DNA from: Candidatus Dormiibacterota bacterium
GTDB lineage: Bacteria; Chloroflexota; Dormibacteria; Aeolococcales; Aeolococcaceae
DNA length: 64,000 bases
Direction: 5' to 3'
NCBI GenBank assembly: GCA_963709585.1
Contig: CAVPXI010000007.1
Coordinates: 288,001-352,000 of the forward strand
Part shown: positions 42,180-53,896 of the stretch, one piece after another
Layout of the letters: each line of letters begins with the position of its first letter
Position numbering within the stretch: the stretch's first letter is position 1
Program-made: the position numbers and the translations under genes
The notes under the pieces: model-generated
What the model saw: only the letters and a program-made list of their open reading frames with translations
What the model was told of the DNA's origin: nothing
The model's database searches: none

Positions 42180-45100
42180 CGGGGCAAGGCGAGCAGCATT
42201 GCGTCGAGCAGGCGCTTCTCTTCACTAGTCTTTGGATAGAGTGCGGAGAGTGCGTTGGCGAGACGCATAAAATCGGAACCACGTTCCTGCTCCGCTTTCA
42301 GCAGCGCGCGCAGCGCGTTCGAGCGGCCGCCGGCTTGGAGCAGCATCGCTGCATGGACGCGGTCGAGCGTGGTTGCGTCCAGAGCGCCCGCCAAACGGTC
42401 ATCCGAAACGTCGACGTCAGCACGCTTACCGCTGACACGCCCGCGTCCGCGCACCGTCGGGGCCGCATTACTATCAGGAAAGAGCAGACCCTGTAGCGGG
42501 TTGCCACCGAGCGTCGCCTCGTGCTCAAGCCGCGTGGCAACGGCATGCGCACCATCGTCGCCGAAGAGTTGTTTGGCCCGCTCGCCGATTGGGAGCAGCC
42601 TCACAACGCCCTGCTTCGTTTCTATCACCCGACCTTCCCACTTAGGCAGATCAATGCCGAGCGGCTGCGCGAACCGGCGGACGACGTCAAAGACGAGCGT
42701 GAATCCTTTGACTTTGCTGGCCGACGCATCCTCATCATCCTCATCGGACGACGCCTCGGCCTGATCGTCGTCGCTCGTCCCGTTGACTGTCTCGCTGTTC
42801 GTGCTCTGAAGTGTCCAGAGAAAGAGCGCCGTGAGCCGCGCGTCCTCCTCTACGGCACCGGCAGCTCCATTGCGCGCCTTCGCCTCGGCAGTGCCGAGCA
42901 CTTGCTCGAGAGCGCTCCTCCCGACTACTTCCCAGACCTTCTCCAGATATTCGGCCAGATCCACCTCACGGCCTTCGGCCGTTTCAACCCTGGCGTGACG
43001 ACTGAAGATCTCTAAGGCAGGGCCTATGCATGCAAACACGAGATCAGCGCCCCGCACGCCTTCGTGCTGCAAACGCTCCATCCAGTTTCCGACGCGCTTT
43101 GGAAGCTCTCGGAGGATGTCGGCCCAGTCACCTATGACCGCATCGTCGGGACGAGGACGGCAAACGAGGTGAACGCTGGTAGCGAGCGCCGCCGAGTTTT
43201 GAGCCCTCAGTCTACCGGGCCTTTCCGTCGCAATTGGCCACGACGCAGTGATCGTCCACCCGCCGCGGATCATTCCTGACAGGAGCGCCTCCCACCCTTC
43301 CGTGGTTTTATGCGCAAAGACAACGGCACCGATTCCGTCGTCCCGTAAAACACGCCGACCTTCCGCGAATGCCCGCCGAACCCCATCCTCGAAAAAGGCT
43401 TGGTCCTTTTGCGGGTACCGTTCGGGATCCCAGTGTGCCATTTCGCACAGCTCGCGGTCTTTTGGAGTAAGCGGGTTCGTCGGATCGAGGCGGTCTCGAA
43501 GAAGGGGATTTTCGGGCATGAGCCGCTTGAGCCAGACGAAGAAGTAATCCGATAAGTCAGCATACGGAACCGCAAAGTAGTACGGCGGGTCGGTAAACCA
43601 AACGGCCGCCGCCTCGTCGGGAAGCGGATGCTCAGCAGCGTCAGCGGATTCGACAGTCCCAGCTGCAGAACCGGGCCATGCCTCGATAACCCGAGCAACC
43701 CAGTCGATGGCCCCGTCAAGGTTGCCCGACGAATCAGTCCACGGACTTGCCTCAGCAAAGTCCCACACCATAGGTAGCGCCTGTCGTCCAAAGGTGTGTG
43801 CGACGAACTCACCAGTTTGCGCCCATACAACGCCCGAGCTCCCGTAGTCAGCCGCGCGGCCGACGACCATCGCCATCGCGTCTCGGAGTGCTCCGTCTTC
43901 TATTGCCGGCCGCTGGCGCGCGATGCGTACAAGAGTTACCATCGCGAGCTTCTGCCTAGCCGAGAACATGTCTCCCCAGCGGCGCACCCCATAGAGCGGC
44001 ACATTAAACGTGCCGCTCATGAGTGGCAGGATCTCGTCCGGGACGGGGCTTAGCCCTTGCTTTCCACCATCCTCCCATTCACGAAGGACCGCGGAGAGCA
44101 TGACCTGCGACCTTCGGACCGCCTCGTAGTCCGCGGTCGTCGCAATTCGATAGCTGCATCCGCGTTCTCCGGGACGCCGCGTCACCACCGCGATAATCCG
44201 CGCTCCGCCTGATCGTTTCGATCCCACGCCATCGAACACGACGTCGGCACCCCCGTTCTGGGCGATGAGTTGGACGCGGACTCGCTCCGGTGCAAGCACA
44301 GCTCCGCACGTAGGGCACATTGCTTTCGCACGCGTTGTTGTACCGGACGGCACGTCCTTGTTCGATGTCGGCTCGAACACTTCCAGTTCAAGACGCGGCG
44401 TTCCCGTCGAAGGCCGTACGACGTCGTATCGTAGAGCTCGCTTGCGACCGGCTTTCGTACAAAGCCAGAAAGAGCGGACGAGCGGTATCTCGGTGCCGCA
44501 ATTCGGGGACTCGCATCTCACGGTTCGCGCCCACAAATATGCCGTGGGTCTCCGGCCGTCGGGATCATTCGGGTAAAGGTCAGCTAGCGCAGTCTCCGCC
44601 TCAGCCCTAATCTCGGCCCCTACTCGCCGCAGATCCTGCGCAAGCGTGACACCGTGCCGCGGAATGTCTTGCAGCATGACCTTCAAGATCAGGCAAGCGA
44701 CGGGATTCAGATCGCTCGCGAACGCGTCGCAACCAAGGCGAAGGGCCTCCAGTGGAATGGACCCGCCGCCAGCAAACGGATCGGCGATCAAGGGCGGCTC
44801 CTGTCCGTGTGCCGCCCTCACCAGCGCTCGGCTCACCTGCAGATACCTGCTGTTTGCGGCAAGATCCCAGTCCGCGAAATCACCAATGAACTTCAGCAAA
44901 GCTTTCCGTAAGTCCTCGTCGCGCGTCCCAGGGTTGTAGCCGACTTCTTCGCGCAACAACTTACGGGCTTGTTCTTTGAATTCCGGTGGGCACAGCGCAT
45001 CGCACGGATCGGGCCAAAGCAATGCGAGGAGAACAGCTCGAACTCGAAGCGAGCGGACGCCTGGCCCACCATATGTGCAATGTGCTCGGGTGTCCGTGAC

Positions 45101-45188
45101 GGATCGACTTCTCAGTCGCTGCGTGTCGCGAGACCTCGGCGATCGGAAAGTCGACCTCGGCTAGGCGCTTGCAATCTTTGGGGATCAC
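42176..45188 (-). CDS. DUF1156-domain adenine-specific DNA methyltransferase with Zn ribbon; +1 frameshift at 45041-45042
   Basis: [64 protein letters not shown]. Confidence 0.92.
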
Positions 45189-48100
45189 GACGCGCCATCG
45201 TAGGGAGGCGCGTCCTCGCGGACTTCCATTGGTGTGGTCATTGCGTCGACCGACAGGTAGTAGTGGGCTACCTTGCTTACCTCGTGCCAGTCAAGACGCG
45301 CGGGATCGCGGATCGGCTCTTGGAGCCGCGGCGTACCGTTGCAATCAGTGACGACGTAGAGCCAGAAGCAGTCAGGACGGTCCTCCGCGACGCGGCGCTC
45401 GTTGGGGGTCAGTAGGATCGTGCCCGTCACCGCGCCAAGCCCCTTGACCTCGATCAGCCTGAGGTCTCCTGAGGCGAGGTCGAGACTGGTGACGTCATAT
45501 CCCAAATTCTTCTCGGACACGTCGGCGACTTGGCGGCCTTGTCCACGTTCATGCTCCATCACAACGCGCATCGCGGTTGCCTCGGTTTCGAAGTTCGGCC
45601 GGAGACGCCTGACTTCAGGCGTATCACCGTCGGGATGCGGCAGGACCAGGACACTAGCGAACCGTTCTACCGATTGCAGCGTCAGCGCCCGTTGGCGGTC
45701 GAGGTCTGTGCGTCGGCGATCGCGACGGGCGAGTAGTTCTGAATGTCGCGCTTCCGCTTGTGCAAGTCGCCCCTCGGCGCCAGCCAACTTTTGCTCGACG
45801 TCGGACCCCGCACGCCCGATCTCGTCATCGGCCCGTTGGAGCAACTCCGTGAGCGAGAGCTCGACGTGTGCACTGACCCGACCAACCTCGGCCACGCGAT
45901 CTTTGCGCATCTCTTCCAGAAACGGGGCGAGTGCACTGTCGTGCAGCCAACCCGTGGCCTGGGGGAGAGACGCAACGGCAGGCAGTTCCGCCGGCGGATC
46001 AGCAGGCGAGAAATTGCCAAGCAGGCCGGGTTCCTGGAGACGAGGGTCGTCACCGTCGCTGATTTCCACGGCAAAAAGCCGCTCGTGTACGACCTGCCCG
46101 AGCCCATCGACGACACGCGCGCGATAGAAGTCGATGCGCGCCGGGCGCTCATGCTGAAGCGAGTAAAACGTCGCCCCCTGGCCGAGAACGTCGAGAGCCT
46201 GCAGGTGAGTGTGACGTCGGATGGCCTCGAACAGTGGATGGCCTGGGGTGACCCATTCCAGCTTTTCGGTCTCAGCTGTGTCGCGGTCGGTCGAGCAGCG
46301 GGGATAACGGTCCGCAAGGGGCGGCAGCTTCCAGTCTGCTTCTTTCTCGTAGCGCCTCAGAACCGGCGGCGTCCGAGCCGGTTCGAACGTGTGCGGAAGA
46401 TTCGGCACGTCCTTCAGCGCCAGCGGTACGAATCCGGAAGCCTCCCGGATGAATCGCGCGATGGTCTCAGGGACGACACGCCGCTCCTGCGCCTGCGCTC
46501 GTCGCTCGATCAACATCTCCAGGTTCAGCTTCTTACTTGCCAGCCCCTCCAAAGCGTTCTGGCAGATGGCGCGAAACTGCTTTTCATCGACGTCGCGGAG
46601 CAGCCGTTCCTCGAGGTCGGCATCGCCCAGCTTGCCCGCATAGTAGTCGCGCAAGACGCGCTCCACGTGAGCCGCTGGCAGAACTTCGCCGACAACGTTG
46701 AACACAGAATCGTCGTCGAGCGCATCCCGAATTTCTTGCAACTTTTCATGGAGGCGCTGCAGCACACGTCCCTCGATAGTGTTGGTCGCGACGAAATTGA
46801 AGATGAGGCAGTCCTTGCGCTGTCCATAGCGGTGGATACGCCCCATGCGCTGCTCGAGCCGGTTCGGATTCCAGGGGATATCGTAGTTGAACAAGATGTT
46901 GCACACCTGGAGGTTGATGCCCTCGCCCGCAGCTTCCGTGGCGACGAGAATCTGGATCTCACCTTCCCGAAACTGTTGCTCAGCGTGCAGGCGCGTGCCG
47001 GGCTCATCACGCGAACCCGACTTCATCCCACCGTGAATGCACCCGACGCGGAAGCCCCAGGACTCCAGCCGCTCCATGAGGTAGTCCAGAGTGTCTTTGA
47101 ACTCCGTGAAGAGGAGCAGGCGCTGATCCGAGTTATCAAAGAACCCTTCCTCGTGAAGCAGCTTCTTGAGTTTCGATAGCTTGGCCTCCGTTCCCGAGTT
47201 CCTCCACACCTTGTGCCTGAACTGCGAGACGCCGGAGCTCTTCAGCTTCGTGGCGTACCTGATCGGCGCTCCCTGCCAGCGTGATGGCCTCGAGCATCGC
47301 TTCCAACCGCTCGCGCTCGCTGTCCTCCATCTCCTCCAGCTCCTCCGGATCGGGGAGATCAGGAGGAGCCTGGCGAGCGAGATCTTGCGCATGCTTGAGA
47401 CCCTCTTCCAAGCGCCGCGCGCGGTTCTCCAGCGAGCGCCGCATAGCGCGGGTACTGGAGGCGAGCCGACGCTGGTAGAGAGACATCAAGAATCCGATCG
47501 CGCGCGCTCGCGGATTCTCACCTTCGGCAGCAGCCCGAGCGCTTTCACGCTTCACGAACCGCGTCACGTCGCGGTAGAGGTCGAACTCGGCACCGTCGAT
47601 GGCGAAGTCCACCGTGTGCGGGATGCGCTTGGTAAAGATTGGCTTGGCCGCCCACGTGCCATCTTCTCGCCGCTCCGGAAAGTAGACCATCGCCTCCTTG
47701 GTCCGCCGCAGGTAGAACGGCGCCCGGCGTTGGTCCATCGCCTGCCGGATCGACTTCACATCGGCAAACGCATCGGCGTCGAGGAGTTGCAGGAATAGGC
47801 TGAAGTTCTCCGGATCGCCCTTGTGAGGCGTCGCGGTGAGCAGCAGCATGTGATCGGACGTGTCGCGCAGCAGCTCGCCCAACCGGTAGCGCAGGCTCTT
47901 GTGCAACTCATCGGAGGCCGACATTCGGTGCGCCTCGTCGACGATCACCAGGTCCCACTGAACCTGTCGAAGCCCTGGAAGGATGTCGGCGCGCTTCGCC
48001 AAGTCGAGCGACGTGATCACCCGCTTGCGATCCAACCACTGGTTCACGCCGAACTGTTCGCGGACGTCTTGCCCCCGCATCACCAAGAACTTTGTGTCGA

Positions 48101-48620
48101 ACTTTTCTTTGAGTTCGCGCTGCCATTGGAAAGCGAGATTTGCAGGGCAGACGATCAGGATGCGTTCGGCGAGTCCCCGCAGCTCAAGCTCGCGAATCAG
48201 GAGCCCCGACATAATCGTTTTGCCGGCGCCCGCGTCGTCGGCAAGGAGAAAGCGCACCCGCGGCAGCTTGAGCAGGTAGTCGTAGATCGCCTCGAGCTGG
48301 TGCGGCAGTGGGTCGACACGAGAGATTGACAGCCCGAAGTAGGGGTCGAACTCGTACGCGATGCCGAGCGCGTACGCCTGAAGGCCCAAACGGAGAAGAC
48401 GGCCATCGCCGGCGTATGAGTGCTGCGAATCAAGGATCGTCAGGCTGGCCAGATCCTCAGCAGTTAGGGTGACCCTACGGAACCGCTCCGACCGTGTTCC
48501 CGCCAACCCGACTACCCAGCTCGAAGCGCTATTCGCCTCTACGGTTTCAACGCGCATTGGCTCGTTGAATAACGCGCCAGTCAGAATCTGGCCCGTCTCG
48601 ATCGTGCTGGAGCCGGTCAC
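45185..48620 (-). CDS. SNF2-family helicase with C-terminal DUF3883 (NOV-C) nuclease-like domain; +1 frameshift at 47199-47200
   Basis: [60 protein letters not shown]; C-terminal GYDVTS..LIEVKG..LTPNE. Confidence 0.92.
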
Positions 48621-48838
48621 GACAGACTGCGCTCAATCAACACGCGACCAGCCAGCGGCCTTCGGCCTCCAGGTCGGCTGCGCGCTGTGCTCTCGGGAAG
48701 GTCTTGTCGACGGCGGCGATACGCGGCCTTCCGGCACGCAGGCGAGCAGAAACGCCGCGGCCGTCCAGTGGACCCATGTTCGATCTCCCTTCCACAACTT
48801 GCGCAACCATCACCGACACGTAGTGCCGCTCCAGCCAT
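48617..48838 (-). CDS. Small zinc-finger protein (CxxCG...GRPRRFCSxxCR)
   Basis: Four-Cys motif; GTGA overlap with the helicase start. Confidence 0.7.
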   Translation of the reverse strand: MAGAALRVGDGCASCGREIEHGSTGRPRRFCSPACRKAAYRRRRQDLPESTARSRPGGRRPLAGRVLIERSLS

Positions 48839-48968
48839 GCGGAGCGGACCCTACCACCTTTCGTCCCGCGCTACAACGCGCCGCAACGGAGCTACACGTT
48901 GACCCAGGCCCGGCCGAATCCCGAAGGCGCTGACCGAAGCTCTCCCCTTCACTTCAATTACCGCCGAG

Positions 48969-50220
48969 TCACGCGGCGTGCAACTCTTGAGCCAGCCGCT
49001 CGAGTTCGACTCGCCTGTCCAGCTCCTGCGAGCCCGGCGGCCCGATCGATATCCCGCGAGATCACGTCGTCGACGGCTCCCGCGGAAAACGCCTGAACCT
49101 CGGCGGAACGGGCGAGCAGGTAGTGCCAAAAGTTCGAGCCAGTTGCCCGGCTCGTTGGAGTTCGCCGCGTACTTTCACCTACCTGCTGATCCGCCAGAAG
49201 TACGTCCAGCGGATGCACCCCGCGCGCGAAAAGGCCGGCGCAGAAAGCGCACTCGCAATAGCGATCTCGGTACGCAGCCGCGTCCAGATCACTGCCACAG
49301 CGGTGGGCATCGTCGAAACGCATGACGCCACGCACCCCCGGTACGTAGGTCCGACAGGACCGGGCGAAGCCGCCCAACTCTTGCGCAGGCTCGCCGTTGT
49401 CAACCCAGCCTAGATGATGAGCTACGCCCGCTACCCCAACGAGTGATAGCGCGGCCGCCGTGTACCCGAGCTGGGTTGGTATGACGGGGACACCACGCGT
49501 CGCAAGAGTCCGAATCGCGACCACCAAAGCGGCGAACGCGTCGTGCCTGCTGACCAACCATTCCTCGGTCACCCCAGGAGTCCACAGGAGGTAGCCTCGA
49601 GCGCTGGCTTCCGGCACTGAACGGAGCAGATCTCCGACTTGGTCAAGGGTGAGCCTCTCCTTTGGAATCACCACCATGGCCAGCACCGGCTCGCCTGCCG
49701 CCTCGGCCGCGGCATCGACCAGAAGGCGGTTCACCTCGTCCTCCCTCGTCGACAGGGCCACAAGCGCGGGCGCGATGAATCGGCTCGGGCGAAGCTCACG
49801 AGACAACATGGGATCGAGCATGTCGAGTTGACAGCTCATCTCAAGTCGATCCTTCTGATACCGGACGATGTTCGCGGCAAGACGCTCCCACTCCGCGACC
49901 GTCTTCACCGTTTCGAGCAAATGTCCTTCCTCGAGGTAAAGGTTCGTCCCCTCGGAGTAGTGCTTGGCGAGCCGACGGTAGTTCCGCTTCGTCTCTCCCT
50001 TGTCGTTGCGCCACCACTCCGGCACCTGGAAGCGCCAAAGCACGGGATCGACCATGTAGCCGTAGCCAGTGCCGCGCAGATGGGCCGATGTGCTCTCCGG
50101 GCTGTTCTCCAACTGATTCGCGTTGACGATGAGTTCATCGCACATGCCGCCCTGGAGATACGTGAGGTCGTCAGATGTGCGCAACCTCATGTAGTGGACG
50201 AGCTTGTTGTCCTCTGTCAT
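48969..50220 (-). CDS. Uncharacterised TIM-barrel-like protein with a TGT/DpdA-type Zn site (CxCxxC...H)
   Basis: LIVNAN, YMVDP, FIAP, YCECAFC, NFWHYL..R..E. ATGA-coupled to the upstream gene. Corrected C-terminus RLERLAQELHAA* (extra base at 49005-49006). Confidence 0.65.
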
Positions 50221-51185
50221 GACAGGCTTCGGCGGTGCGCGCGCCGTTTGTCGACCTCCGCCTTGATCAGCGAGCGATCCGTTAGTTCCGGAAACGCCGC
50301 GTACACCCGCTCGACCAGGTCGGGCGTGTCCCACTTCCGGCGCAGCTTCTGCACTCGTTCATGGAGCTCGTCGTACGCATCACTTGACTGCCGGAGGCGC
50401 TCGGCCGTCGCCCGACCGGCTTCGCTCAGCTCGAAGACCTCGGCCTCCCCCTCCTGTGGAGGGGCGGCCCGCTGCATAACTGTGGCCATCATGTGCTCGA
50501 ACGAGGGTGGCGACGAGGACGCGGAGCCCGCTTGCCCGCTGGTGAGAAACCCGTTTACCCGTAAGGCTTCAGCACTATCGATGACCCTTTCATCGAACGG
50601 CCCATAGTTGTGTGCATAGAAGGTCGAGGACTCCCGATCAAGCTCCTGTTGGATCACAAACAGCAGCTTCTGCAAACGGGTCATTCCGTGGATCGCATCG
50701 CGACCCTTGCGGTCACCGTCGAGAAGCAGAATCATCATTTCCTTCAGAGATGGCCGGGGCCGGATGGAGGCTACCGCATCCTCCCGCGCAAGGCCGGCCT
50801 CCACCCATTGGCGGGCCAGCTGGTGGTACGGCCGGCGAGTCTCGTGGGAAAACTGCTTCAGCTCGCCGAGCATCTGGGGTTCGACCTTGAGGTTGAGCTG
50901 CTCTGACGATCTCGGCGCCTCGGCGTCGTCGAGCTGGGCCGCCGCGCTTGGCACTTCGCCCGACCGCAAGCCTTCAAGAATCCAGGACCGAGCCAACCCG
51001 TGGTATGGCAAAGACTTCGACGCAGCGACGGTCTTCAGTGTTGAGATCAGTCGCTTCGGGACCCTCAGAGTGATCTGAGCTGTCTTGGGCCGGGCGTAGA
51101 CAAGCGGCGGACCCTCCGGGAGATCGTCCCAAGAGTCCCCCCAATCCTCAGCGAGGAGCCCGTCGTGCTTCGTCGAGTCAGCCAT
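50217..51185 (-). CDS. Antitoxin-like fusion: two CopG/BrnA-type RHH domains + SocA/Panacea (DUF4065)-like winged helix
   Basis: QITLRVPKRLISTLK..A....LPYHGLARSWI and QLNLKVEPQMLGELK....RPYHQLARQWV, then GMTRLQKLLF...FYAHNYGPFD. Confidence 0.78.
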   Translation of the reverse strand: MADSTKHDGLLAEDWGDSWDDLPEGPPLVYARPKTAQITLRVPKRLISTLKTVAASKSLPYHGLARSWILEGLRSGEVPSAAAQLDDAEAPRSSEQLNLKVEPQMLGELKQFSHETRRPYHQLARQWVEAGLAREDAVASIRPRPSLKEMMILLLDGDRKGRDAIHGMTRLQKLLFVIQQELDRESSTFYAHNYGPFDERVIDSAEALRVNGFLTSGQAGSASSSPPSFEHMMATVMQRAAPPQEGEAEVFELSEAGRATAERLRQSSDAYDELHERVQKLRRKWDTPDLVERVYAAFPELTDRSLIKAEVDKRRAHRRSLS

Positions 51186-51483
51186 TGGTTGCACGGCGAA
51201 ACGCCCGCCGCTCCTTGTCGGTCATTTCCCGCGCGCTGTATACCCTCACGATCCCACCCGCCTGTTGCTCGTAGACCAGAAAGAGCATTCGTCCGACGTA
51301 GGTTCGACCGAGCAGGAGGTTCGCCCCTCCTCGGCAACGCTTGCTCGTGTGCCCGCTCGCGAAACACTGCTCCGCTTCCATGGCCGAAACGTCGTGGTGC
51401 TCCAGAAGTTTGGTCTCGTTGCTCTCATCCCAATCGAACTCGGGCAGCAGACGCCGTCCACCGCTTCTGCCACCGCCAGCCAC
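51178..51483 (-). CDS. BrnT-family toxin
   Basis: EFDWDESN..K..HDVS..EAEQCF, LLGRT..GRMLFLVY, VRVYSAREMTDKER. Start uncertain. Confidence 0.85.
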   Translation of the reverse strand: MAGGGRSGGRRLLPEFDWDESNETKLLEHHDVSAMEAEQCFASGHTSKRCRGGANLLLGRTYVGRMLFLVYEQQAGGIVRVYSAREMTDKERRAFRRATNG

Positions 51484-51556
51484 CCTCGACGGCTCGCCGT
51501 CACCACTCGCTCGGGGCGAGGGCCAGGTGACGGGCCATAACGCTGCTCACTCGCAC

Positions 51557-51585
51557 ACTATAGCGTATATCCGAGAGATATACAA
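51557..51585 (-). promoter_or_regulatory. Sigma70 promoter with palindromic operator upstream of brnT
   Basis: Minus strand TTGTAT-17 bp-TATAGT; inverted repeat GTATATC-N5-GATATAC at 51565-51583 overlaps the spacer and -35. Confidence 0.75.
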
Positions 51586-51849
51586 GCGCTTCCCTTACCT
51601 GATAAGAGCCCTCGTCAACTTCCGATCGGCTGAGCCAGCGGTAGCCCGTTTACGCGGTGTGCGTGTGCCACCGGTGCGTTCACGTCAGGCGTGTCGGCTG
51701 ATCCGGCAACCCCGATCCTGTCCATCGACTGATCCGTGCACGGGCGGCCAGCGCCTGCTCGGGGTGGCCGGCGCCTTGACCGTGCCGCTGATCATGGGTG
51801 TGACGACCTCTCGTCGTCCGAACTGGTGGCTGCCGGTAAGCTCCGAGCC

Positions 51850-52180
51850 TTGGCCGAGCTCCCGGCGACGAGCATCAAGGCCGCCATCAGCAGTTAACAA
51901 ACCAGGCCACGGTGTCGGTGACCCACCCGCCCCGTAGCGGGAACAGTGGGGATCGCGGTCACCGCTAGCACTCCGGACGACGCTCCCTGGTGCGCGGGAC
52001 TTCCGTTGTAGGTTGCCGTGAACGAGTGGCTGCCGACTGTGATCGCACTGGTCGTGAAGATGCCCGCCATTGACAACAATCGCCGAACCCAGCCGCGTGC
52101 CGCCGTCAAAGATGCTCGCGGTTCCCGACGGCTGGCCGGTTCCGGGAGCGACCGGCGCGACCGCAACGGTGAAACGTCGT
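51850..52180 (-). pseudogene. Remnant of a surface protein: bacterial Ig-like (Big_3) domain and LPxTG-like tail
   Basis: FTVAVAPVAPGTGQPSGT..IFDGGTRLGSA / FTTSAITVGSHSFTATYNG...VPATG, spread over several frames. Confidence 0.6.
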
Positions 52181-52346
52181 CGTGGGCATCGATTAATGAG
52201 GCGGCGCGCGGGTTTACACACCCCGATCGCGGTAGACCACACACACCGCGATCTCAGGGGTATTCGATCACCCCCGCTCCTGCCAATCAGGTGCCCGGGC
52301 CTCCTTTCGCTCAGGCTGCTCGAGTCAGGTTGGTAGCCTGCAACCA

Positions 52347-53480
52347 ATGCCCAGCGAATATGTTGAGCGAGACGCCTGGGGCGTTGGCCTACGGTCAATT
52401 CGCGCCCAGCGCCCCAGGTGGGCGCGAGGAGGAGCCCGCGCTCAAACATTCGGAGCCGGGTTGGAACAGGCGGAGCAACTCTGGCGAGCCAGCGAAGCGG
52501 TCGGTCCTATCGCCAGTCCGCTCTTGCTCTTCTATGGGCTGACGCAGGCGGGTCGGGCCATATGTGCCGCGGGCTTGCCTGGATCCGCTTGGAGACCAGC
52601 GGAGAGCCATGGCCTCGAATTCGAAATCACCCTCCCCAGCAGCGGTGCGAATTTGGACCTGGCGTCGGTGCTCGTGAAACCGAGCGGAGAGGGTCTTGTC
52701 CAACAGGTCGCTCGCATCCTCGATTCCCCAGTGCTCGGGGGTCCGGCAACTTTGTCCGCGCTGCTCGCCTCGATCGATAAGCAACTCTTGTTTACCGATC
52801 TCCAAGTGCCTGATCCGCATCCCTTAGAAGTGAGTGAGTGGACGAAGAACCTCACGACGCTCGGCACTACCGGCACCGAAAGCCTATTCCTCGCGCCGGC
52901 GCCAGCGCGATTCGCTGCAAACACCGAACGGGTCCCGGCCCGTGCGCAGAATCTCGAATACACAAAGATCATCCCGCCGACTGCTAACGCGATTGCGGAG
53001 TGGTTGGCTGCCTATCCCACGCTCCATGAGCTTGGGACTCCCAAAGAGGTCATTGGCCCGGAGCCATCGTTAGACCGGTCCGACCGCGGTGAATGGGTCA
53101 TCAAGCTGATCTGGAATTCAGGCAACTCGATGGCTGGGGTCAAGCAGAGCGATTGGACGGCGGATCACGTCGATGAGCTGTACTCCTATGAGTGGAACGG
53201 AACCTCCGGTGTCGTGCTCCCGGCCGTTGACGGGAACACAAAGCCCCACGATCTCCTCGTCACCTGGTGGCTCGTCTTGTACTGCTTGTCGATGCTCGCG
53301 AGGTACTACCCGAAGGAGTGGACCGAGATGCTCGACGTGGACAAAAGTGAGCTTGCGGTACCAATCGAACACGTCCTGTCCGTCGCCTACTCAACGGTTC
53401 CGGATCTGATTGCCTTTCGGCTGCGATCGCTTCGTACCATCCAGGAAGAAAGACCAACCACACGCCGTAACCGAGCGTAG
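52347..53480 (+). CDS. YaaC-family protein
   Basis: EQAEQLWRA...PLLLFYGLTQAGRA, HGL, WW.VLYCLSMLARYYP..W. Confidence 0.8.
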   Translation: MPSEYVERDAWGVGLRSIRAQRPRWARGGARAQTFGAGLEQAEQLWRASEAVGPIASPLLLFYGLTQAGRAICAAGLPGSAWRPAESHGLEFEITLPSSGANLDLASVLVKPSGEGLVQQVARILDSPVLGGPATLSALLASIDKQLLFTDLQVPDPHPLEVSEWTKNLTTLGTTGTESLFLAPAPARFAANTERVPARAQNLEYTKIIPPTANAIAEWLAAYPTLHELGTPKEVIGPEPSLDRSDRGEWVIKLIWNSGNSMAGVKQSDWTADHVDELYSYEWNGTSGVVLPAVDGNTKPHDLLVTWWLVLYCLSMLARYYPKEWTEMLDVDKSELAVPIEHVLSVAYSTVPDLIAFRLRSLRTIQEERPTTRRNRA

Positions 53481-53896
53481 GCGGGCCTGCACTCAGCCTT
53501 AACGCTGGCGATACAGCTCTGGACCAAGAAGGCGATCGCAAGACAGGATTCTCTGATCGTATTCAGCCGGCCAAATCGGGGTTGATTTGGAAAGAGTGAC
53601 GGAGTGCTAAAGACCTGCGCCCGGCTCCTTCTCGAGGATAGGGTCAATCTGGCGCAAGCGACCAGACAGGCCCGTACGTGCCGCATTCCCGCGTCGATCC
53701 GTGAGACCTCGCGCAGACGATAGAATCGCGGCACCCCCCTGAGCCGGTCGTTTTATTAGGAGCCTCAGCCTTCGACCTCAGCAGCATCGAGATTCGCGGC
53801 ATCCTCCCCGGCCTCCGCCGGTACGACTTAAACCACGAGTTCCCCGACGTCCTGAACTACGAGGACTTCGACCTCCGCCCGGATCTCCTGGAGCTG

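Noticed and set aside
45743-47179. Long antisense ORFs (also 54095-55381, 61472-63316, 62241-63857, 49639-50607)
   Set aside because: Shadow or alternative frames of well-supported genes in GC-rich DNA; no recognisable motifs.
53836-53842. CGAGTTC upstream of the RT ATG as another motif-linked insertion
   Set aside because: Removing a base gives a Pro/Arg-rich frame that still lacks a start; the present frame has strong GC3 on both sides.
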